64,000 bases of DNA from Granulicella sp. (GTDB lineage: Bacteria; Acidobacteriota; Terriglobia; Terriglobales; Acidobacteriaceae), in assembly GCA_965277925.1 (NCBI GenBank), contig OZ255850.1:2855030-2919029 (forward strand), read 5' to 3'. Below are positions 1 through 8,444 of the stretch, one piece after another. Made by a program: the position numbers and the translations under genes. Under the pieces are notes generated by a model, which did no database searches, had not been told where the DNA came from, and saw nothing but the letters and a program-made list of their open reading frames with translations. Position 1 is the first letter of the stretch; every line of letters begins with the position of its first letter.

Positions 1-63
1 CACCCATCCCATCGCATCGAAATGCGCCCCCCGCAACTCCCTGGAAACATCACAAGGCCCGCG

Positions 64-106
64 CCAGGTCCCGCACGCGAGCAGTTTCGCTCGCCGCAGG
101 ACCCGG
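64..106. repeat. Long GC-rich hairpin downstream of the tail-fibre-like gene
   Basis: CCAGGTCCCGC-AC-GCGAGC-AGTTTC-GCTCGC-C-GCAGGACCCGG folds as an extended stem-loop about 30 nt past the stop of 137..3466; no U-tract seen. Confidence 0.5.
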
Positions 107-136
107 CTCCGCGGGCCTCCATCCACCATCCGTCAG

Positions 137-3100
137 CTATATCTTCGTCACCCACGTCCCTGCATCGCAGAACGTCGCATGTCCATCCTGCGAGAACACC
201 CACGCCCCACTTACCGCGCAGGCCCCGCTTGGCGCCGTCACCGGTCCCATCTGATACGGTATCGTCGTCCCGCCATCACTCCCCACCTGGAACTGGTTGC
301 TCGCACCGACATTGAACATCGCGGCCGGACTCTCGCCCCCGATACTCACATCGCCCGCTCCGTTCACCACCACGAAGTCGCCCACAAACGCCTGCCCGAT
401 CTTCAGATTCCCTGTCCCGCCCGCATCGAAGATCTGCCAGTAGTGCCCACTCCCCGGACTCCCGCAACCCGTCTGCAACGAGTTGCACATCCGGAAACCT
501 ACCCCGCCCGTCCCGCTATTCACCAGCGCGAAGCCAAACGGATTCGGCGTCGCATTCACGGTATTGATATTCATCAGGTCGCCCGCCGTCGTCCCCGCTG
601 AATTCACCGCCAGCCCGGCAAAGCTCCCCGTTGTCCCCGAGATCGCCGCCGGCGTCGTCGCTCCGATGATCGCCCCATCCAGCGACGCCGCATGCACCGC
701 CGTCACATTCAGCGTCCCTGCATCGATCGTCCCCGCCGAAAATGCCGCCGGAGAAAACGAGTAAGGCACGCCACTCAAATACCAGGTCGCCGTGCTGCTC
801 TGCGGCTGATAGTTCAGCACATCCCTGCTCGTCGGCGTATCCATCATGAACAGGTTGTACCCCGAGTCCCACCGGTTGCACCCATGCAGATTGCAGTGCG
901 CATAAATCACCGACTGCAATCCCGCATCCACCTCGAAGTCCGTCTGCCACGGCCCCGAAACCACATATCCATCGTCGGGAGCCGTATGCGTTCCACCCGC
1001 GCCCAGATAACTGCTCACCGGCACCGCATTGGTCACCTGCCATCCCCGCAACCCCGGCCCGACATTGCCCAGGTACTGCTTGCCCGCCTGCGCATACTCG
1101 ATCGGCCTAGGCACATACTGCGTGTCCAGCTCCGTGTCCACCGTCACATACTGCTGATAAAAATGCGGCTCCTCGATCGCATCCCCTGCAGCCCACGCAA
1201 CCGTATTGGCTGCCAGCAGAAACGTCCCATCGATCTGCCGGTTCGCCGGATTCGCCACGCTCAGCACCTCCGCCATCGGATACATCGCATAGCTTCCCGT
1301 CACATCCGCTACCGTCCCGCCCGAGCTCGTGCTGTTGGCTCCGGTGTTCGCATACGTCAGCGTTTTCGCGCCCGTCGTCGTCACCGTGTAGCTTCCGTTG
1401 TAGCTCGAATCCGCCACCCCACTCACCGTCAGCGTCACTCCGTTCAGGTCCTCCGGCAGCGCATTCGCCGTCGTCACCGTCACCACATTCGCGCTGCGCG
1501 AGATCGCCGCAACACCCAGCGACACATTCAGATACGCACTCGTGCTGCCATTGCCCTGCCGCCCCACCACCGTCGTTCCGCCGCCGTCCGCGTAGTACAC
1601 ATCCGTCGCGTCGAACGAGCCAATGATCGGAAACACCTGCCGTATCCCGTTCATCGTATCGACCTTCTGCTCCAGCCCATACCCGCACAGCCCGCCCACC
1701 GCGACCACCGTTCCGCTCGCATGTACTTTATTCAGCGTCAACTTCACATGCGTCGCATCCACCACGCTGTAGCTCGCCGTCTCAAACGTCCCGCCCCCCG
1801 GATCGGCCACGCACGCCACGCCATTCGCCGCCAACCCCGCCGTGTTCGTCGCAAACCCCGCGGGCGCACCGCCGGTTTCAATCGCCAGCGTCACCGCTCC
1901 CGGCGCCAGGTTCCCTGGCTGCGAGGTCGCCGCCTGCGCCGTCGCCAGCAGCACGCTCACCGGAAAGTTCGTCCCCGCAAAACTCGCGTACGCCTCGATC
2001 GTCTTCGCTCCCCCCGATATGTACCCGCCCGAGATCGTCTTCGCCGGATTCAGGTCGATCAGAAACCGCCCATCCCCCTGCGTCCCCGCGTTCGTGCTCA
2101 CCGTCAAGTTCAGGTCCGTCGATCCCGCCGTACATCCGCCCGCGCACACTCCCTCAAACACCCGCGAGTCTTCGCTCACCTGCAGGTCATACGGATGCGT
2201 CCCCTCATCCGAGTTGTCCCGATATCCCCCCGACGATGTAATGAACTGTCCGCCCGCCAGGCAATCGCCCACGCTGTAGCAGTTCACAACATTGTTCAAC
2301 TGCACATGCTGCCCCTGCGTGTTGTAATTGCCGGTCAGCGACAGCACTCCATACGTGCTCTTGCCATACGGCAGCTTCTCCAGATTCTGCGGAAACTGGT
2401 TGCTTCCTCCCGCCGCCGCCTCGGTCGAAAGCACCAGCGCCTCCGCTCCGATCCCATACGACCCCGGCCGCAACTGCTGTATCTGTGGGCTCGACAGCGT
2501 CTCCACCTGCGCCAGGCTCGCCCCCGCGCTCAAACTCGTCCCAGTCCCCAGCGGATTGACCACCGTCACCGCCTCCGACCCGCCGCGCGCGTCCACCACC
2601 GCCCCGCCCGACACCACGCTCGAAGCGTTCACCTGGTCCGTCCCGCCATAGCTCGGCTCCACCTTCAGCCTGCATCCACTCGTGCAATCCGGGCTGGCCA
2701 GCGCATTGGCGATCCCGTTGTTCCCCGTCCCATTCGCATACTGGCTCGCATACAGCTCGCCGTTCAAATGGTTCACCTCAAGCTGCGTCCCCGCCGGCTG
2801 TCCCACCACCTGCGTCGCCGCCGGCAGCGTGCTCACCTTGCCGCCCAGCCCGCTCGCAATCGATGCGACATTGCTGTCCACATAGTTCTTGTCCGCCGCC
2901 TGGTTCGGACTCACCGGATCTCCCGGCAACACCAGCGCTCCGGTCATCGTCCCACCCGTGGTCGGCACATACGTCGACCCGCCCGCCGGAAACCCGCTCT
3001 GCGCCTGCGCAATCGCGTTGTCCACATAGCTCTTCGACACCGTCTGCATCGCCACGCTCAGCGGCAGCACCGAATTTTCGATCGCCGCCAGCTTCACCGG

Positions 3101-3466
3101 CGCGCCGCCCGTCGCCACCGCCGGAATCACCCAGTACTGCCGGCTCGTCGTCCCATCGCTCAGGTGAAACACCGCCGTATAGTAGCTCCCTGTTGGCGTC
3201 ACGTTCGCATTCGGCGCCAGCGCAATCGTCAGCGCTCCACCCGCGCCCAGCACCGCCGACGTACTCCCCGCCGCGATCACCTGCCCGCCCGCCGTCGTAA
3301 ATCCGCTCCAGCTCACCAGCACCGTTCCCGCCGCCGTCGATCCATCCGCCAGATACACCGTGTCCTGCACCGTCGTCGTCGCCTGCCCTAACGCGCCCAT
3401 CGTCCACGCCGCCATCACTGCCAGCAGCACCGAAACCAGCGCCAGACCTCGCCTCACTCCACTCAT
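137..3466 (-). CDS. Large secreted phage tail-fibre-like protein (about 1109 aa)
   Basis: ATG at 3466 with GGAGG 5 nt upstream. Sec-type signal peptide (MSGVRRGLALVSVLLAVMAAWTMGALGQ), N-terminal beta-sandwich-like segment, tail-fibre-type motifs YVPTTGGTMTGAL and DPVSPNQAADKNYVD, long Gly/Thr/Ser/Asn-rich beta body. Confidence 0.7.
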   Translation of the reverse strand: MSGVRRGLALVSVLLAVMAAWTMGALGQATTTVQDTVYLADGSTAAGTVLVSWSGFTTAGGQVIAAGSTSAVLGAGGALTIALAPNANVTPTGSYYTAVFHLSDGTTSRQYWVIPAVATGGAPVKLAAIENSVLPLSVAMQTVSKSYVDNAIAQAQSGFPAGGSTYVPTTGGTMTGALVLPGDPVSPNQAADKNYVDSNVASIASGLGGKVSTLPAATQVVGQPAGTQLEVNHLNGELYASQYANGTGNNGIANALASPDCTSGCRLKVEPSYGGTDQVNASSVVSGGAVVDARGGSEAVTVVNPLGTGTSLSAGASLAQVETLSSPQIQQLRPGSYGIGAEALVLSTEAAAGGSNQFPQNLEKLPYGKSTYGVLSLTGNYNTQGQHVQLNNVVNCYSVGDCLAGGQFITSSGGYRDNSDEGTHPYDLQVSEDSRVFEGVCAGGCTAGSTDLNLTVSTNAGTQGDGRFLIDLNPAKTISGGYISGGAKTIEAYASFAGTNFPVSVLLATAQAATSQPGNLAPGAVTLAIETGGAPAGFATNTAGLAANGVACVADPGGGTFETASYSVVDATHVKLTLNKVHASGTVVAVGGLCGYGLEQKVDTMNGIRQVFPIIGSFDATDVYYADGGGTTVVGRQGNGSTSAYLNVSLGVAAISRSANVVTVTTANALPEDLNGVTLTVSGVADSSYNGSYTVTTTGAKTLTYANTGANSTSSGGTVADVTGSYAMYPMAEVLSVANPANRQIDGTFLLAANTVAWAAGDAIEEPHFYQQYVTVDTELDTQYVPRPIEYAQAGKQYLGNVGPGLRGWQVTNAVPVSSYLGAGGTHTAPDDGYVVSGPWQTDFEVDAGLQSVIYAHCNLHGCNRWDSGYNLFMMDTPTSRDVLNYQPQSSTATWYLSGVPYSFSPAAFSAGTIDAGTLNVTAVHAASLDGAIIGATTPAAISGTTGSFAGLAVNSAGTTAGDLMNINTVNATPNPFGFALVNSGTGGVGFRMCNSLQTGCGSPGSGHYWQIFDAGGTGNLKIGQAFVGDFVVVNGAGDVSIGGESPAAMFNVGASNQFQVGSDGGTTIPYQMGPVTAPSGACAVSGAWVFSQDGHATFCDAGTWVTKI

Positions 3467-3664
3467 TGCTCCTCCAACTTCCATCTCTTCGGGCTCAATC
3501 CCAAGCCACAATCCGCATTGAACGGCATCAACTCAGTCATTCGCAAGCCGCTTCAAAAACCATCCAATCCAGCCGTCTCACAAGCCCTTTTGAAAGGGAG
3601 GGGCATCGAAGGTGGCAACTAAGTCCCGTCCCGTTTGCCTCCCGCGCCACCTTCGCCCATCTTA

Positions 3665-3880
3665 TTAGCTGACCGGAGTCGGCCCCGCCACCGGAGCCGC
3701 ACTCGCGACAGCCACGGTCGCCGCCGGCGCAAATGCACTCAGCAGCAGCTCATTGACCGTCTCCGCAAGCTGAATAAAATCCGTCGAACCGAAATGGCCC
3801 AGCGAGACGCCGCTATCGTGCGCAATCGCCAAGCCAATGTTCAAATAGCCAAGAATCGCCTGCAATTTAGACTTATTCAT
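3665..3880 (-). CDS. Small hypothetical protein (71 aa) upstream of and co-oriented with the tail-fibre-like gene
   Basis: ATG at 3880 preceded by GGAGGAG; MNKSKLQAILGYLNIGLAIAHDSG...; Ala/Pro-rich tail. Confidence 0.6.
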   Translation of the reverse strand: MNKSKLQAILGYLNIGLAIAHDSGVSLGHFGSTDFIQLAETVNELLLSAFAPAATVAVASAAPVAGPTPVS

Positions 3881-3943
3881 TTTTCTCTCCTCCGCTATTC
3901 GCGGCCTTTCTGGTAGTTCAAAATCAAACTCGCATCCCCGGGC

Positions 3944-3982
3944 GGGTGGCCCATTCATGACAGCTCCACCGTCATGAGTGGG
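3944..3982. repeat. REP-like palindrome, family A
   Basis: GGGTGGCCCATTCATGACAGCTCCACCGTCATGAGTGGG; related copies at 4636-4674, 7762-7800 and 47461-47499. Confidence 0.85.
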
Positions 3983-4071
3983 GAGCTCCACATCCCGCGC
4001 GTGCCCCCACATTGCGCCCCGCCTCATCCACCCGCTACCATCGCCTCTAGCACCTGCACCGAAAGGCACTC

Positions 4072-4305
4072 ATGGACTCCAGCAACAACTCCGCCCGCCG
4101 CTCCGAAGACATCGCCCTCGACCTGCTCAAATTCGTCGCGTCCCACGCCAACGTCGGCAGCAAATCCGCCTCCTCCACACCCGGCTTCGGCCTTCCCTCA
4201 GCAGCCAAACCCGAAGACCAGATCACCCAGATCCTCGACCTCTACGCCCGCTGCCGCGAAGCCGTCGAATCTCCCCTTCCACCCGCCGCTCCATCGAAAA
4301 AGTAG
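4072..4305 (+). CDS. Small hypothetical protein (77 aa)
   Basis: Host-like codon usage, AAAGG upstream, two amphipathic helices (EDIALDLLKFVA, QITQILDLYARCREAV); probably co-transcribed with the downstream oxidoreductase. Confidence 0.65.
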   Translation: MDSSNNSARRSEDIALDLLKFVASHANVGSKSASSTPGFGLPSAAKPEDQITQILDLYARCREAVESPLPPAAPSKK

Positions 4306-4312
4306 CCGAGCC

Positions 4313-5590
4313 GTGCGCGAAGCCGTAACTCCCCAGCCCGACGCCATCCCTGCTCCGCACGATCCCTCCACTCCCCTGCGCGTCGCCGTCATCGGCGCCG
4401 GCGCCTTCGGGCGCAACCATCTCCGCGTCTACCGCGAACTCGAAACCGCGCATCCCGACCTCGTCCAGCTCGCCGCGCTCGTCGAACCCGACCCGACCCG
4501 ACGCGCCGATCTCGCCGCCCTCTACAACATCCCCGCCTTCGCCACCGTCGCCGATCTCCTCGCCGCCCCACCCCCACAGAATTGTCATCCTGAGCGCAGC
4601 GAAGGACCTGTTTTTGTCCTTCAGCCACAATCCCCGGGTGCCCCATTCACGATGGCTTCATCATCGTGGGTGGGGTCGCACAACTCCCACGAGCAAGCAA
4701 TCCACCCCATCCACGCCGCCTCCATCTGCGTCCCCACCGTCCACCACGCCGCCGTCGCCGAGCAGCTCCTCCTCGCCGGCCTCGACATCCTCATCGAAAA
4801 ACCCTTCGCCGCCACCCTCGCCGAAGCCGACCACCTCTGCGCCCTCGCAGCCCAACACGCCCGCATCCTTGCGGTCGGCCATTTAGAGCGCTTCAACCCC
4901 GCCGTCACCGCGACCCTCGCCGCCCTCACCCACCCCATGTTCTTCGAGGCCCACCGCCTGAGCATCTTCACCCCGCGCTCCCTCGACGTCGACGTCGTCC
5001 TCGACCTCATGATTCACGATCTCGACATCGTCCTCGCCCTCACCCAATCCGCGGTGAAAGAAGTCCGCGCCGTCGGCCTGCCCATCCTCTCCGCCAAGAC
5101 CGATATCGCCAACGTCCGCCTCGAATTCGCCTCCGGCTGCGTCGCCAACTTCACCGCCTCCCGCGTCTCCACCGAGCAGGTCCGCAAGCTCCGCCTCTTC
5201 CAGCCCCACCAATATCTCTCCCTCGACTTCGCCCGCCAGGAGCTCCTGACCATCTCCGTCGACCCCGCCATCACCGCGCAGCCGGCTGCCCCACCTCTCG
5301 CGTCCGAGGCCAACCCACCGGCTGCCCCGCCTTCTGAGATGTGGGCGGGCAGCGCCACCGCGCCACCCGCCGCACAGCACCCCTCCGCCGGCCTCTCCCT
5401 CACCCGATCCGGCTTCCCCAAAGCCGAACCCCTCCGCCTGGAGCTCGAAGACTTCCTCCACGCGGTCCGCACCCGCACGCAACCCCGCGTCTCCGCCGAA
5501 GCCGGACGCGCCGCCCTCTCCCTCGGCCTCGAAATCAACGCCCAGATCGCCGCCCACGCCCGCCGCACCGGCCTTAAAAACAGTGATTAG
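4313..5590 (+). CDS. Gfo/Idh/MocA family oxidoreductase
   Basis: Rossmann VAVIGAGAFGRNH, EKP motif (ILIEKPFA), VGHLERFNPA, DLMIHDLDI. GTG start at 4313 is estimated. Carries an in-frame REP-derived insertion at about 4570-4700. Confidence 0.9.
   Translation: MREAVTPQPDAIPAPHDPSTPLRVAVIGAGAFGRNHLRVYRELETAHPDLVQLAALVEPDPTRRADLAALYNIPAFATVADLLAAPPPQNCHPERSEGPVFVLQPQSPGAPFTMASSSWVGSHNSHEQAIHPIHAASICVPTVHHAAVAEQLLLAGLDILIEKPFAATLAEADHLCALAAQHARILAVGHLERFNPAVTATLAALTHPMFFEAHRLSIFTPRSLDVDVVLDLMIHDLDIVLALTQSAVKEVRAVGLPILSAKTDIANVRLEFASGCVANFTASRVSTEQVRKLRLFQPHQYLSLDFARQELLTISVDPAITAQPAAPPLASEANPPAAPPSEMWAGSATAPPAAQHPSAGLSLTRSGFPKAEPLRLELEDFLHAVRTRTQPRVSAEAGRAALSLGLEINAQIAAHARRTGLKNSD
4583..4610. repeat. 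REP-like palindrome, family B, inside the oxidoreductase CDS
   Basis: TGTCATCCTGAGCGCAGCGAAGGACCTG; close copy TGTCATCCCGAGCGCAACGAAGGACT at intergenic 10081-10107. Confidence 0.85.
4636..4674. repeat. REP-like palindrome, family A variant, inside the oxidoreductase CDS
   Basis: GGGTGCCCCATTCACGATGGCTTCATCATCGTGGGTGGG. Confidence 0.8.
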
Positions 5591-5640
5591 TGATTAGAAA
5601 AAGAACTCCGGGTCCCACATCCCACTCGCGGGGGCCCCCA

Positions 5641-5760
5641 ATCCTCTACTCCTTACCCACTACCCACTACCCACTACCCACTACCCACTGTCTCTCACCA
5701 ATCCTCTACTCCTTACCCACTAACCACTAACCACTACCCACTAACCACTGTCTCTCCCTA
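5641..5760. repeat. Nested tandem repeat: two 60-bp units, each with about five TACCCAC/TAACCAC heptamers
   Basis: 5641-5700 and 5701-5760 both begin ATCCTCTACTCCTTACCCACTA and end near CCACTGTCTCTC; located between convergent genes. Confidence 0.9.
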
Positions 5761-6651
5761 CTCCACCTTCTGCACCGCCGCTTCCGGCGGAATCTTTAAC
5801 TCGAACTGGTCGCTCTCAAACGGCGCATTCAGCGTCAGCTTCGTCACCACGATCTTCAGCGAATACTCATCCAGCGGCCGTTGAATCGTGATCACCGTCG
5901 GAAACTTCTGCCCATTGAACTCCTGGTACTTGTTATAGGTCGCCAGCGTCACGATCTTCCCGTTCTCATACGTGTCCTGCTCATACGGCAGCATCGTAAT
6001 GCGGCTGATATGCACCACCCGCTCCCGCATCATGATGTTGCCGGTCTGCGGTTTCAGCACCGTAATATCGTAATCCGGCTCCTCCACCGCATCTTTATGC
6101 TTCGACTCCGGCGCGATCACTCGCGTCGATTCCGTCAGCGTCACAAACTCATCCTTCGCCAACCCCGGCACCAGCAGCGAATCCAGAAATACCGCCGGCC
6201 GCAGATTCTCCAGCGCGTTCTTCGACGGCTTCGTCACCGTATTGCTGCCTGTCATCCACACATCGCCATGCCCGGCCGTAGCGTGCACCAGCGTAAACAT
6301 CTTCCCGTCGCTCACCATATCCAGCGCCCGCGATCCCACCAGCGGCAACTGCAGAATCACCCGCAGCATCGCCGGCTTCTGCACAAAAATATACCCTCGG
6401 AACGACGTGTAAACCGTCACCGTCCCTTCCTTCGCCCCACCCGTGCTGGCCGTAATCAGCACGCTCGCATTCAGCGTCTTCAGCGCCGCATCCCGCGCCG
6501 ACAGCTCCTGCTCCAGCGTCCCCACGCTGGCCGTCCGGTACATATCCGGCGCCAGCACCTTCTGCACGACGTGCGTCGTCCGAAAGCAGCCGGTCAGCCC
6601 TGCCATCATCACCACAGCCAGCGCCGATAGCGGTCGAAAATCTCTCATCAA
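5758..6651 (-). CDS. Lipoprotein, LolA/LolB-like (DUF4292-like)
   Basis: Lipobox GLTG-C; motifs FRGYIFVQKP and LDMVSDGKMFTL; C-terminal DEYSLKIVVTKLTLNAPFESDQFELKIP is typical of LolA/B-fold proteins. Confidence 0.65.
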   Translation of the reverse strand: MMRDFRPLSALAVVMMAGLTGCFRTTHVVQKVLAPDMYRTASVGTLEQELSARDAALKTLNASVLITASTGGAKEGTVTVYTSFRGYIFVQKPAMLRVILQLPLVGSRALDMVSDGKMFTLVHATAGHGDVWMTGSNTVTKPSKNALENLRPAVFLDSLLVPGLAKDEFVTLTESTRVIAPESKHKDAVEEPDYDITVLKPQTGNIMMRERVVHISRITMLPYEQDTYENGKIVTLATYNKYQEFNGQKFPTVITIQRPLDEYSLKIVVTKLTLNAPFESDQFELKIPPEAAVQKVE

Positions 6652-6743
6652 TGCAGTTACTCAGTATATCGACTCGCCAACCCCTCCTCACGACTCACAA
6701 ACAATAAGGTGCCAACGACAGACTCACGCCGAGTCTTGCTTTT

Positions 6744-6835
6744 TGGTTGTCATTCCCGAAGGGAATCTGCTTCTCGCCCTTGCCGTTGCCCTTGTTTTTC
6801 TGGTTGTCATTTCGTAGGAATCTGCTTCTCGCCCT
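6744..6835. repeat. Two tandem family-B REP-like units
   Basis: TTGTCATTCCCGAAGGGAATCTGCTTCTCGCCCT and TTGTCATTTCGTAGGAATCTGCTTCTCGCCCT. Confidence 0.8.
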
Positions 6836-6849
6836 TCCAACACAACCCC

Positions 6850-7152
6850 TTACTCTTCCCCCAACTCCTCCAGCAACCGCGCCACCTGCCCCTTGGTCCG
6901 CGAAGCCCTCGGCCGCTCCGGCTTCAGCAGCTCCGTCGCCAGCTTCACATGCGGACAGCTCCCCTTCTTCGCCGCCGTCACAAACCCCTTCACAATGTCC
7001 TCAAACTCCGTCGCCAGCGTCCGCCGCATATGCGACCGGCACTGGGAGGGAGTCATCGTTTCCTTCTCAGCCGCCTTCCGCCCCTCCGCCGTCCCGCCTC
7101 GCTCCTTCACAAACTTGCCAGTCGCTCCCCTGGCGCCACCCTGTCTCCCCAT
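6850..7152 (-). CDS. Hypothetical protein, terminase small subunit-like (100 aa)
   Basis: GGAG before the ATG; N-terminal RGATGKFVK and central IVKGFVTAAKKGSCPHVKLATELL resemble TerS-like patterns. Recognised by eye only. Confidence 0.45.
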   Translation of the reverse strand: MGRQGGARGATGKFVKERGGTAEGRKAAEKETMTPSQCRSHMRRTLATEFEDIVKGFVTAAKKGSCPHVKLATELLKPERPRASRTKGQVARLLEELGEE

Positions 7153-7167
7153 TCACTCCCCCCCACG

Positions 7168-7200
7168 AAAAAGCGGGAGACCCCAGTGAGGTCCCCCGCT
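7168..7200 (-). terminator. Intrinsic terminator between the sigma-r4-like gene and the TerS-like gene
   Basis: Minus strand AGCGGGGGACC-TCACTGG-GGTCTCCCGCT followed by a T run. Confidence 0.75.
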
Positions 7201-7263
7201 CCATGTCTACTTCTCTAGAATAGCAGTTACAGGGTATTGGCTACGCCAACTTTCTCGTACCCA

Positions 7264-7953
7264 CTATCCCCTTTGCAATGAACCTCCTGCAGCCGCCGCA
7301 CGCGGCCTCGACTCTTGACAGTCCTTCAGCGGCTCCAGCATCCGGGCCGCCAGCAGCAGTTCCGTCAGCCGGTCCAGCGCCTCCGCATACCGCCGCACAC
7401 AGCTCCGCAGGCTCAACCCCAGCATCGCCGCCGCTTCCCCTTGCGTGTACTGCTGCAGCGCGATCCGCTTGATCAACTGCTGATCCAGCCGCTCCAGCTT
7501 CGACATGCACTTCTCCATATCGAAGCAGAAGATCACCACGTCCTCGAAGCTATGCATCCGGTAGCTCGACACATGGCCGCGAAACATCTCCCGGCCCATC
7601 AACGAGGGCACCCGCCCCGTCTGCATCGAGAGCCGCAGATACCGCCGCAGCATCCCCTCCGTGTACTTGCGATAGAACGCCACCTCCACCTTCGGCGCTT
7701 CCACCGCCCCAACTCTGGGCGACAGGGTGGGCTTGGGTGGCTCCTCCACCGCCCCAACTCTGGGTGGCCCATTCATGCCGGTTTTATCGTCATGAGTGGG
7801 GAACTCCTCCACCGCCCACACCTGTGGCAGCACCGCTACCACCCGTCCCGTGCTTCCCTCCCGGATCACCTGCCCCGGCTCAACCCTCTGCACCCGCTTC
7901 GGCACCAACACCAACCTTGCTGCCATTTGCTCATTTCCCATTTCCTTCTTCAT
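7264..7953 (-). CDS. Sigma-70 region-4-like HTH protein (phage late-regulator-like, 229 aa)
   Basis: ATG overlaps the upstream stop (ATGA at 7950-7953). C-terminal LERLDQQLIKRIALQQYTQGEAAAMLGLSLRSCVRRYAEALDRL fits a sigma r4/RinA-ArpU-type HTH. Contains a REP-derived insertion at 7699-7810. Confidence 0.65.
   Translation of the reverse strand: MKKEMGNEQMAARLVLVPKRVQRVEPGQVIREGSTGRVVAVLPQVWAVEEFPTHDDKTGMNGPPRVGAVEEPPKPTLSPRVGAVEAPKVEVAFYRKYTEGMLRRYLRLSMQTGRVPSLMGREMFRGHVSSYRMHSFEDVVIFCFDMEKCMSKLERLDQQLIKRIALQQYTQGEAAAMLGLSLRSCVRRYAEALDRLTELLLAARMLEPLKDCQESRPRAAAAGGSLQRG
7762..7800. repeat. Family-A REP inside the sigma-r4-like CDS
   Basis: GGGTGGCCCATTCATGCCGGTTTTATCGTCATGAGTGGG, flanked by direct repeats CCACCGCCCCAACTCTGGG. 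Confidence 0.85.
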
Positions 7954-8144
7954 CGAGCACCTCCCACGCACACAGCCGTTCGCACAGCCTTGCGTTTCGG
8001 CCCTCGCCGTCTGCCCGTCCGTGGTGCCGGAAACTCCGCCAGCCACGCCGCGCATCCGCCGCAGTAAACTCCAGCGCTCAGGGGACGCAACCACAACGTT
8101 CCGCACCCTTCACATACCTTCAATTCCACGCGAAAGTCCTTCAT
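7950..8144 (-). CDS. Small zinc-ribbon protein (64 aa)
   Basis: CEGC...YCGGC double CxxC plus a basic tail; purine-rich leader GGAGAAGAAAGAA; stop coupled to the next start. Confidence 0.7.
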   Translation of the reverse strand: MKDFRVELKVCEGCGTLWLRPLSAGVYCGGCAAWLAEFPAPRTGRRRGPKRKAVRTAVCVGGAR

Positions 8145-8415
8145 TTCTTTCTTCTCCAGGCACAGCTATCCCCTGGCGAGCCTCGGTCATTTTTCAGCGG
8201 TCGGATTGGGCTCGCTCAGTTGCTTGGGGCCGCTCGCTCGTGGTTCGCGCTCTGTGTCGCAAATCCCCGGCTGCTGCGCACCCGTTCTCATTCCTTGGCA
8301 AAGTCCGGTCCTGAGAGATCACCTGGCCCGCCACCTGTTCCCGCCGAAGCCGGCCTTCACCATCACCCAGAATCGCTGCCTGGGGCCGGCTTGCCTGCTT
8401 CGTTGAAGTTCTGCG

Positions 8416-8444
8416 GTTATAGCCGCACCCGCTCCTACTGTCAA
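8416..8444 (-). promoter_or_regulatory. Near-consensus sigma70 promoter with an overlapping palindromic operator
   Basis: Minus strand TTGACA (8444-8439), 17 nt, TATAAC (8421-8416). TGCGGTTATAGCCGCA (8412-8427) is a near-perfect inverted repeat over the -10 box. Confidence 0.75.

Noticed and set aside
692-3391. 899-aa plus-strand ORF and many similar long Arg/Pro-rich ORFs (e.g. 27569-28783, 31952-33988, 37619-39595, 62779-63966)
   Set aside because: Antisense or alternate-frame shadows of recognisable genes in high-GC DNA; no motifs or RBS.
3974-4312. 113-aa N-terminal extension of the oxidoreductase given by the ORF track
   Set aside because: It overlaps a REP and the separate 77-aa gene in another frame; the Rossmann fold starts after 4370.
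5641-5760. Possible CRISPR array
   Set aside because: Only two units, no unique spacers, and no cas genes; it is a nested tandem repeat.
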